From the NCBI RefSeq assembly GCF_000092465.1, contig NC_014205.1, positions 810,001-842,000 on the forward strand: a DNA stretch of 32,000 nt. The letters run 5' to 3'. Both the position numbers and the translations under genes were made by a program. The notes under the pieces are model-generated. The model did not search any database. It was not told the DNA's origin and saw nothing but the letters and a program-made list of their open reading frames with translations. This document shows, piece by piece, positions 17,089-24,252 of the stretch; position 1 is the first letter of the stretch; each line of letters begins with the position of its first letter. Source of the stretch: Staphylothermus hellenicus DSM 12710 (lineage in GTDB: Archaea; Thermoproteota; Thermoprotei_A; Sulfolobales; Desulfurococcaceae).

Positions 17089-17976
17089 ATGGTGATAGCT
17101 GTGAGTGCTAGGAGGATAAAAATAAGAACACTTGCATCAACTATATTCTCCCCCCTCCTCACTAAAGCACCCGGTGCTTGGATGCTTAGAATAGGGGTTG
17201 GGATTGTCTTAGCTGTAACATTAATGGCTATACTAGCCCCAATTATATCACCATATAATCCTGAAAAGAGAGTGGACAAACCATTTATCCCCCCTAGCTG
17301 GGAGCATCCAATGGGCACTAATAGGATTGGCCAGGACCTATTCTCAAGGATCATATGGGGTTCAAGAATTGTATTAGGTGTCGTATTTCTTGCAACACTA
17401 TTGTGTATGTCTATAGGCATACCACTAGGATTAATTTCGGGATACTACGGAGGAAAACTGGATAGAACTTTAAGCATGTTTATGGATAGCATGTATGCTT
17501 TCCCAGCATTGATCCTTGCAATAGCTATTGCAGCTGTACTGGGCCCGAGTCCAACTAATACAGCCATAGCTATAGCCTTCGTCTATATACCAACATATTT
17601 TAGAATGATACGAGGGCAGACGCTTGGTTTGAAAAGCCAGTTATTTGTTGAAGCGGCTAGGGCTCTTGGTGCAAATGATAGAGTAGTTATGAAGGACTAT
17701 ATATTGCCAAACCTAGGACATACTATACTGGTTGTATTTTCACTAAGCGTGGCTGATGCTATATTGACTGAGGCAGGGCTGAGTTACTTAGGGTTATCGG
17801 TTACACCGCCTACACCAGATTGGGGCTATGATCTGAGGGTTGGACAGCCATTCCTACTTGATGGTAAGTGGTGGCTAGTATTCTTCCCCGGACTCATGGT
17901 TATGTTGCTTGCGATGGGTTTTGCATTAATAGGTGAAGCACTAAGTGAGAGAATATCACTTGCTCAGACAAGGTGA
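17089..17976 (+). CDS. ABC transporter permease (OppC/DppC-type)
   Basis: 295 aa. It contains HPMGTNRIGQDLFSRIIWGSR (OppC N-terminal motif) and the EAA loop FVEAARALGANDRVVMKDYILPN. The start is 1 nt after the upstream stop. Confidence 0.9.
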   Translation: MVIAVSARRIKIRTLASTIFSPLLTKAPGAWMLRIGVGIVLAVTLMAILAPIISPYNPEKRVDKPFIPPSWEHPMGTNRIGQDLFSRIIWGSRIVLGVVFLATLLCMSIGIPLGLISGYYGGKLDRTLSMFMDSMYAFPALILAIAIAAVLGPSPTNTAIAIAFVYIPTYFRMIRGQTLGLKSQLFVEAARALGANDRVVMKDYILPNLGHTILVVFSLSVADAILTEAGLSYLGLSVTPPTPDWGYDLRVGQPFLLDGKWWLVFFPGLMVMLLAMGFALIGEALSERISLAQTR

Positions 17977-17982
17977 TATGCT

Positions 17983-18939
17983 GTGGCATTAATTAGTATA
18001 AGGAATCTATCAATACACTACTACACCCTCTCAGGTATAGTGCATGCAGTAGATAATGTAAGCTTTGACATTCTTGAAGGGGAATGGATAAGTATTGTGG
18101 GTGAGTCAGGCAGCGGTAAATCAACCCTGGCATATTCTATAATAGGACTTGTCCCTCCCCCGGGAAGAATAGTTACGGGTGAAATATTGTTTAATGGAAG
18201 AAATCTTGTAAAACTCTCTAGGGAGGAGATGAGGAGGATCAGGGGAAAGGATATTGGTATGGTCTTCCAAGACCCTATGACAAGCCTTGACCCATTAAGA
18301 AGAGTTGGAGACCAGATTGCAGAAGTATTTATAGAACACGGAGTTTTATCAAGTTGGAAAGAAGCTAGGGAGAGAGCTAGAGAGCTTTTAAAAAAGGTTG
18401 GTCTGCCAGGGGATAGAGCAAGTTATTATCCCCACCAATTATCTGGTGGTCAGAGGCAGAGGATAGCCATAGCTATTGCAATGGCTCTTAAACCAAAACT
18501 CTTAATTGCAGATGAACCCACCACAGCTCTAGATGTTATTGTCCAGGATACCATAATGGATCTCATGGAAGGCTTTAAGAAACAGGGTACGAGCATATTA
18601 TTCATAACTCATGACCTAGCTCTAGCTGCTGAGCATAGTGATAGGATAGCAGTAATGTATGCTGGTAAGCTTGTAGAACTTGGCAGTGTAGACCAGGTTA
18701 TAGATAATCCATTACACCCATATACGATAGCATTAATTAAGAGCGTACCTGATCTATGGGGTGAGAAGAAGATAAAGTCTATCCCAGGCTATCTCCCAGA
18801 TCTAAGGAATCCTCCGAGGGGGTGCAGGTTTCATCCAAGATGCCCATTCGCCAGAGATATTTGTAGGAGGGAGGAGCCGGAGATCATTGAGGTTGAAAAA
18901 GGCCATATCGCTTCCTGTCATTTGCTTAAGAAGAGGTGA
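17983..18939 (+). CDS. ABC transporter ATP-binding protein (OppD/DppD-type)
   Basis: Walker A GESGSGKS, signature LSGGQRQR, Walker B LLIADEPTTALD and H-loop ITHD are present. A C-terminal oligopeptide-type extension carries CRFHPRCPFA. Confidence 0.9.
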   Translation: MALISIRNLSIHYYTLSGIVHAVDNVSFDILEGEWISIVGESGSGKSTLAYSIIGLVPPPGRIVTGEILFNGRNLVKLSREEMRRIRGKDIGMVFQDPMTSLDPLRRVGDQIAEVFIEHGVLSSWKEARERARELLKKVGLPGDRASYYPHQLSGGQRQRIAIAIAMALKPKLLIADEPTTALDVIVQDTIMDLMEGFKKQGTSILFITHDLALAAEHSDRIAVMYAGKLVELGSVDQVIDNPLHPYTIALIKSVPDLWGEKKIKSIPGYLPDLRNPPRGCRFHPRCPFARDICRREEPEIIEVEKGHIASCHLLKKR

Positions 18940-19934
18940 TTTATATGGCGTTGCTTGAAGTAAGGAATCTAAAGAAGTATTTTCCCGTGCAGCGAAGCCT
19001 ATTAGAAATATTATCCTCTAGGGAGAGAAAGTATGTTAAAGCAGTTGATGGAATAAGCTTCTCTATAGAGAAGGGTGAGACTCTAGCACTTATAGGAGAA
19101 TCTGGTTGTGGCAAGACAACTACTGGCAGGCTTATACTAAGACTTATCGAGCCTACATCTGGGAGCATACTGTTCGATGGGAAAGATATAGTAAAACTGC
19201 GTAAAAAAGAGCTTAGACAACTAAGGCGTAGAATGCAGATGATATTCCAGGATCCATATGCAAGTCTTAATCCTAGAATGAAAATAGGCAATGCAATAGC
19301 TCATCCACTCCTCATCCACAACCTTGCTACAAGGAAGGAGGCTAGAGAGATCGCGTTAAAAATGCTTAGGAGAGTGGGATTAACACCCGAGAAAGAATTC
19401 TATGACCGCCTCCCCCACCAATTATCTGGTGGTCAGAGGCAGAGAGTAGTTATTGCTAGAGCCATGGTTCTTAAACCAGAGTTTGTTGTAGCTGATGAAC
19501 CAGTATCAATGATTGATGTATCAATGAGAGCATCAATACTCGATCTACTACAAGAGTTTAAGAAAGAATATGGTCTAACAATGCTATTCATAACCCATGA
19601 CATAGCTATTGGGAGGATTATAGCTGATAAACTAGCAGTAATGTATCTGGGAAAAATAGTTGAATTAGGCCCTGTAGATAAAGTAATTAATAACCCACTC
19701 CACCCCTATACCCTAGCATTGATCGAGTCTGTACCCTCTATTAGGAGAAGGAAGAGAGCTAGGAGGATAAAAATAACAGGTGAAGTACCAAACCCTATAA
19801 ACCCACCTAGTGGATGCCGCTTCCACCCAAGATGCCCATTTGCAACCAAGAAATGCAGTAGTGAGGAACCAAAACTCATTGAGGTAGAACCACAACACTA
19901 CGTTGCATGTTTTAACCCATTGATAAAACACTAA
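18936..19934 (+). CDS. ABC transporter ATP-binding protein (OppF/DppF-type)
   Basis: Walker A GESGCGKTT, signature LSGGQRQR, Walker B VVADEPVSMID, ITHD and a C-terminal CRFHPRCPFA are present. ATG 18945, preceded by aagaGGTGA, is a more likely start than GTG 18936. Confidence 0.9.
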   Translation: MIYMALLEVRNLKKYFPVQRSLLEILSSRERKYVKAVDGISFSIEKGETLALIGESGCGKTTTGRLILRLIEPTSGSILFDGKDIVKLRKKELRQLRRRMQMIFQDPYASLNPRMKIGNAIAHPLLIHNLATRKEAREIALKMLRRVGLTPEKEFYDRLPHQLSGGQRQRVVIARAMVLKPEFVVADEPVSMIDVSMRASILDLLQEFKKEYGLTMLFITHDIAIGRIIADKLAVMYLGKIVELGPVDKVINNPLHPYTLALIESVPSIRRRKRARRIKITGEVPNPINPPSGCRFHPRCPFATKKCSSEEPKLIEVEPQHYVACFNPLIKH

Positions 19935-20082
19935 CATACTCTCCTAACAAGTCATTTATTCAATTATAACTAACACTATTATGAATAACATCTCCTAGAA
20001 TGACTAGAGAGAAAATTTAGCATCTAGTTATTCATATTTTTGGTTTTAATAAGCTAAAAAGCTACATACGTATACGTAATAT

Positions 20083-20352
20083 ATGAGGGGGTTTATGTGT
20101 TCACGAGTAGTCCCATTACGACTGAGTAGTGAGATCTTGGAGAAGATTGATAAGCTTGTTGAATTAGGTGTTTTCAGGTCTAGGAGTGAAGCATTAAGGA
20201 AGCTTATCAGGGTGGGGCTTAGAAACTATGAAAGAATAACTAGGATTGCTAAAGCTGTCGAGCTATTATTTGAGATGGAGAAGGAGAGGGGGATTCCTAT
20301 AAGGCTAGATGGTGCGTTAAAGCAGTTGCTTGAAGAAAGAGGTTCTATATAG
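20083..20352 (+). CDS. vapB: Ribbon-helix-helix (CopG/VapB-type) antitoxin
   Basis: The 89-aa ORF contains VPLRLSSEILEKIDKLVELGVFRSRSEALRKLIRVG, a classic RHH strand-helix-helix. A PIN remnant follows directly. An internal start at ATG 20095 is possible. Confidence 0.75.
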   Translation: MRGFMCSRVVPLRLSSEILEKIDKLVELGVFRSRSEALRKLIRVGLRNYERITRIAKAVELLFEMEKERGIPIRLDGALKQLLEERGSI

Positions 20353-20822
20353 TGGATACTCTAGACCTATAGGATCTAGGCATCAGGATGCTTGGAAGGT
20401 TTTGTCTAGGGAGGAGAATAAGATCGTTTTGAGGGATCGTATTAGCTGAACTAGCCAGTATTCTAGCAAGACGGCCTGAGATATTCTATCTTCTAAGAGA
20501 TAAACTTGAACTAAGCAGAGAAGAAACAATTATAGCTCTACTCATCTACATCCTTAGAAGATTCAATATTAGATATAAAGCTGTGAAAGGTGCGTTAAAG
20601 TATCCCTTACTCGGAGAAATATATAAGCCTCTTGCAACAGCAATCAAGTTATCAACACAACTTAATCTCCGAACCCTAGACATGCTTCATGTATCCTATG
20701 CTAAACTATTAAGAAACCAAGGCGAGCACGTACGTAAAATAGTCACAGCAGACACAGATTTCGAGAAAGTTGCTGATAAGATTAGAAAACTAATAAATCT
20801 AGATGTTGAACTAATTTCTTAA
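20352..20822 (+). pseudogene. vapC: PIN-domain (VapC-type) toxin gene, disrupted
   Basis: The frame of track ORF 20583..20822 (LRTLDMLHVSYAKLL...IVTADTDF, PIN C-terminal acidic motifs) extends upstream as GIVLAELASILARRPEIFYLL... It opens with VDTLDL at GTG 20352 (PIN N-terminal Asp motif). The frame is interrupted by TAG 20370-20372 and TGA 20430-20432. Between them a different frame reads ...SRHQDAWKVLSREENKIVL. Confidence 0.6.
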
Positions 20823-20922
20823 AACAACAGTTACCCATACATTATCCCTTAGCCATATATAACCTGAAAATATGTGGAAACCATTTAATAATATATTAAT
20901 CATATTATTCGAGGGGTAGTTT

Positions 20923-22293
20923 ATGACCATTTATCCTATAATTTCCATCAAAGATTTCGGGCCATTCAAACAAGCCAGCCTAGAGCTTAAACCACTAACC
21001 CTGCTCATAGGCAGGAACAGTGTAGGTAAATCCATGCTAGCATACTTAGTCTGGATCCTAGCCTCACTAATACCTGATCCCGAGATTATAGGAGAAATAG
21101 CTGTGGAGAAGGGTGTGGATAGGCTAGCTACTGAGACAATTAGTGAGATTAGAAAGGGAGGGAATGTATCTGATAAAATTAAGAACCTGCTCAAGATACA
21201 TATCGATGCATTACCAGAAGCTATATCTGTAAGTCTTAAAGAATCACTTCAGAGAACCTTTACAACAAACTTAGAAGAACTGATCAGGAAAGGAGCCAGT
21301 CAGGCCATAATAGGCGTTGAAGCCTTAAGGTCTTCTCTAAAATTTGCAATAGAGGATAATGAGGTTAAGGTCATAGATCATAAACCCTACATGGAATTCT
21401 TCGAAAAACTGAGAATAAGCGTTCCAAGACCACGTATATTAAGGGTAACCTATGTGGAGAAAGGGCAGGAGAAAAAGATATATGAGGATATAGCTGACAG
21501 CATCGCTGATCTAGTTAAGGCCACATTCAACATGTTTATGAGCTATGTCGTGGAGGCTTTTTACCCCTTATTTTCAGCCACGCTTGCAGCTCTCCTCCCC
21601 GATAGTCGTGCTGGAATTGCTAGGACTCTGCTTAAGCCATATACTCAGCCAGCAATAGCTAAGAAGGTATCATATGCGGATGAAGAGTTCATCAGCTTAT
21701 ATTTTAGACTCGCAGAAATGGTTGAGAGGGGTCTTATAGATTTGGATATGGTGAAGCCTCTGTTCAAGGAGCTGAGCTGTACTCCTGAAGTAGTATTTGA
21801 GCGTGGTGTTTATACAGTTTATATTAATACATGGACTGGTAAGCGTTTACCATTGGCTCAAGCACCCTCAGGTGTGAGAGAGTCTTTAACTGTAGCATTA
21901 GCTCTTGCATCGAGGAAAGAACCATACATTGTCATTGTTGAGGAGCCTGAAGCTCATCTACACCCACGTGCTCAGAGGGTTTTAGCAAGACTCATCGCCC
22001 GATCCATTAATAGTTTACGTAAACATGTCGTTATTACGACTCACAGCGACTACATACTATATGTCCTGAACAACTTGATAACACTCTCACATGATCTTAT
22101 CAAAGCCGAGAAGCTGGGTTATCGGAGAGATGAAGTGTTAAAGCCCGATATGGTTTCAGCATATTTGGTGAGAGCTGAGGATGGGAAAGCTGTTTTGGAT
22201 CGATTAGAGGTAGGTGATGAAGGCATCTCTGAGGATGAGTTCGTAAAAGTGGCTGAAGAGCTTGCTGAGGAGAGGTCTAAAATACTAGCTTAG
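20923..22293 (+). CDS. ABC-type ATPase of the AAA_15/AAA_21 (OLD/PtuA/AriA-like) class, with no fused nuclease domain recognised
   Basis: 456 aa. Walker A is GRNSVGKS (aa 30-37). A largely helical insert of about 280 aa follows. Then come the signature-like QAPSGVRESL, Walker B YIVIVEEPEAHLHP (aa 335-348) and THSDYIL (aa 372-378), followed by a C-terminal tail of about 80 aa. Confidence 0.85.
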   Translation: MTIYPIISIKDFGPFKQASLELKPLTLLIGRNSVGKSMLAYLVWILASLIPDPEIIGEIAVEKGVDRLATETISEIRKGGNVSDKIKNLLKIHIDALPEAISVSLKESLQRTFTTNLEELIRKGASQAIIGVEALRSSLKFAIEDNEVKVIDHKPYMEFFEKLRISVPRPRILRVTYVEKGQEKKIYEDIADSIADLVKATFNMFMSYVVEAFYPLFSATLAALLPDSRAGIARTLLKPYTQPAIAKKVSYADEEFISLYFRLAEMVERGLIDLDMVKPLFKELSCTPEVVFERGVYTVYINTWTGKRLPLAQAPSGVRESLTVALALASRKEPYIVIVEEPEAHLHPRAQRVLARLIARSINSLRKHVVITTHSDYILYVLNNLITLSHDLIKAEKLGYRRDEVLKPDMVSAYLVRAEDGKAVLDRLEVGDEGISEDEFVKVAEELAEERSKILA

Positions 22294-22310
22294 ATCCTGG
22301 ATGATTTGAG

Positions 22311-22670
22311 ATGAGAATAGTGGATCTAGAGGATTTAGCGAGAAAAACTAAATGGATGGAGAAGCATGCTGACAAGCTAATAATAAGTGATGACGGCTAC
22401 AAAGTGATAATTGTCGAGGAAACTAGTAAGCCTAAAACAGATGATGTACGAAAGCTTGACAACACTGTTAACGCCATTAAAAGAGGTTTGCTTAAGAATA
22501 TCCTAGGCTTAAATCCATCAAGAATCATAGCTGTAATACACTCTTTAAAACGCTTAGACTCCATGATATATAGGATGTTGATAAGAAGGAGTAAGTATGA
22601 CACTATATATTGTAAAGCATCATGTAATAGAGAGCTAAACATTATTGTGAAAAGACATAAAATATACTAG
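22311..22670 (+). CDS. Hypothetical 119-aa protein, putative partner of the upstream ATPase
   Basis: Same strand, with a 17-nt gap and an ATG start. It shows an alternating strand/helix pattern (RIVDL, KLIISDDGYKVIIVEETSKPKTDD, SRIIAVIHS, LNIIVKRH). No family was recognised. Confidence 0.6.
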   Translation: MRIVDLEDLARKTKWMEKHADKLIISDDGYKVIIVEETSKPKTDDVRKLDNTVNAIKRGLLKNILGLNPSRIIAVIHSLKRLDSMIYRMLIRRSKYDTIYCKASCNRELNIIVKRHKIY

Positions 22671-22685
22671 AGTAGGTGAATTTTA

Positions 22686-23112
22686 TTGCCCGTGTATTCA
22701 GAGCTCGTAACCCGCAGGGTTGATGAGGCCAGGAGTTGTATTATGGAGCTTAAACGTTTAACCAGTATACCGTTTAAGGAGCTATCTATTGACCAAGTAT
22801 ACTCGATGAGGTATAATATCATAGTTCTTGTCGAGTCATTAGTGTCTGTAGCTGTGCATATTTGGTTGAGGAGTATAATTATAAGCCCAGCCACTATGTA
22901 GAGGCTCTGGAACAACTGGCACGGCAACTAGATCTACAATCACATTGCTTAGAGGATTTAAGGATCTTGTAAGGCTTCGAAACTTATTGGTTCATAGATA
23001 CTGGGTTATTGATGATAAACGTGTATATGAGGATGTTAGGAATAATTTTAGGTGTGTTGAAGAATTATTGGATAGGATTGGTGATAGGTATGGAGGAGAT
23101 CAGGTATTTTAA
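22686..23112 (+). pseudogene. hepT: DUF86/HepT-type HEPN toxin gene, disrupted by two frameshifts
   Basis: The first frame (start 22686) reads MPVYSELVTRRVDEARSCIMELKRL...ESLVSVAVHIW and stops at 22899-22901. A second frame continues LVEEYNYKPSHYVEALEQLARQLDLQSHCLEDLRIL* (stop 22970-22972). A third frame continues DLVRLRNLLVHRYWVIDDKRVYEDVRNNFRCVEELLDRIGDRYGGDQVF* (stop 23110-23112). RNLLVH is the HEPN Rx4H motif. Confidence 0.7.
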
Positions 23113-23488
23113 GATATGTTTAGAAGATGTTGTTGAGAAGCTTAGAGAATACTTTGCATCTAGAGAAGATGTGCTTATAGCTATATTGTTCGGCTCAGCT
23201 CTTAGGAGAAATATTGTGAGAGACATAGATATAGCAGTATATCTAGCCCGTAAAAGCTTAAACAAGATCCTCAGAATGGGTTGGGAGCTCGAAGAAATCC
23301 TCAAAACACCCGTGGATATAGTTCCGCTTGAACAGCTCCCGCCAAAACTTAAGCTGAAAATACTGCTCAGAGGCAAACCCATAATAATTAGGAGCCCATC
23401 AACCTACACAGAAATATTAAAGACAAGTATAGGAGAGTTAGAGGATCTTAAGACTATATATTCTCATAGTGATTTAAAAAAGCTATAA
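23090..23488 (+). CDS. mntA: MntA-type minimal nucleotidyltransferase (antitoxin of HepT)
   Basis: The sequence MEEIRYFKICLEDVVEKLREYFASREDVLIAILFGSALRRNIVRDIDIAVYL carries the GS...DxD pol-beta NTase motif. The track ORF begins at 23009, but that extension overlaps the hepT tail. ATG 23090 overlaps the hepT stop region. Confidence 0.75.
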   Translation: MEEIRYFKICLEDVVEKLREYFASREDVLIAILFGSALRRNIVRDIDIAVYLARKSLNKILRMGWELEEILKTPVDIVPLEQLPPKLKLKILLRGKPIIIRSPSTYTEILKTSIGELEDLKTIYSHSDLKKL

Positions 23489-23592
23489 GTTACATGACTA
23501 GATATTTTTCGGATAAGCATAGGGGTCTCGCAGAAATAGTGGAGGTTAGATCTCCTACCGCGCTTGAAGAAGTCTTTATGGGTGTTATTGTA

Positions 23593-24252
23593 TTATTTCT
23601 TTTTGAGTGTTGTTTTTTCTAATAGGTATTCTTTGTTGGAGATATATTTTGTGTATAGGTCTGTTGTTGTTATCAGTATTCCTGCATGGTTGTTTTCCAC
23701 ATAGTTTTTTAGAAGCATCATGATCTGATGCATTGTTTCCTCGTCTAGGTTTGAGAATGGTTCGTCAGCTATTATTAGCTTTGGTTTCTTAACTAGTGCT
23801 CTTGCTATTGCTGCTCTCTGCTTTTGCCCACCGCTTATTTGGAGGGGATACTTATCTCTGACATTGTAGATGCCTAGTTGTTTAATTAGGTTTAAAGCTT
23901 CATTTTCGGCTTCCTGCTTCTTCCATCCCATGAGTCGTAGTGGTAGTATTATATTATCTAGTACTGTGAGGTTGGGTAGGAGTTTATAGTATTGATCAAT
24001 ATAGCCTATATGTTTAAGTCTCAGCATTGATCTCTCATGATCTCTTAATTTTGTAATTTTTCTCCCCACAAACATTATTTCTCCACTAGAGGGTTTAAGG
24101 AGGAGAGCAGAGATCATTGCCAGTGTTGTTTTCCCAACACCACTCCTCCCACGAACCACAACGTTCTCTTTCTCTTCTATGGAGAGATATATGTTTCTAA
24201 GTATATGCTCTGACCCCCTTGTGAAACATATGTTTCTAAGCTCGATGATCAA
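23593..24252 (-). CDS. ABC transporter ATP-binding protein (MacB/LolD/FtsE-type) with a non-canonical H-loop
   Basis: Walker A GRSGVGKTT, Q-loop YIDQYY, signature ISGGQKQR and Walker B LIIADEPFSNLD are present. The H-loop position reads ILITTTD (Thr 197) where THD is expected. Confidence 0.9.
   Translation of the reverse strand: MIIELRNICFTRGSEHILRNIYLSIEEKENVVVRGRSGVGKTTLAMISALLLKPSSGEIMFVGRKITKLRDHERSMLRLKHIGYIDQYYKLLPNLTVLDNIILPLRLMGWKKQEAENEALNLIKQLGIYNVRDKYPLQISGGQKQRAAIARALVKKPKLIIADEPFSNLDEETMHQIMMLLKNYVENNHAGILITTTDLYTKYISNKEYLLEKTTLKKK

Noticed and set aside
16911-17420. 169-aa minus-strand ORF spanning the junction of the two permease genes
   Set aside because: It is antisense to two well-supported ABC permease genes. 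The same applies to 14253..14636, 14780..14989, 18941..19291 and 19713..19937 within the transporter operon.
18430-18461. 32-nt perfect direct repeat (ccccaccaattatctggtggtcagaggcagag), found again at 19413..19444
   Set aside because: Both copies encode the PHQLSGGQRQR signature region of the paralogous OppD and OppF ATPases. The repeat is explained by paralogy and shared codon usage, possibly with local gene conversion. It is not a mobile or regulatory repeat.
20000-20008. 9-nt direct repeat ATGACTAGA at both edges of the TA/ATPase island (second copy at 23494..23502), possibly target-site or att repeats
   Set aside because: A 9-mer match between two AT-rich spacers of about 100-150 nt is close to chance expectation. 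No integrase, tRNA or longer flanking identity is present.
23525-23570. GC-richer stretch ggggtctcgcagaaatagtggaggttagatctcctaccgcgc resembling a tRNA T-arm (GGAG-gttagat-CTCC)
   Set aside because: I could not fold a cloverleaf on either strand. There is no acceptor/D-arm pairing, and the loop lacks the TTCRAAT consensus. At most it is a degraded tRNA 3' fragment or att remnant, and that is not supportable.
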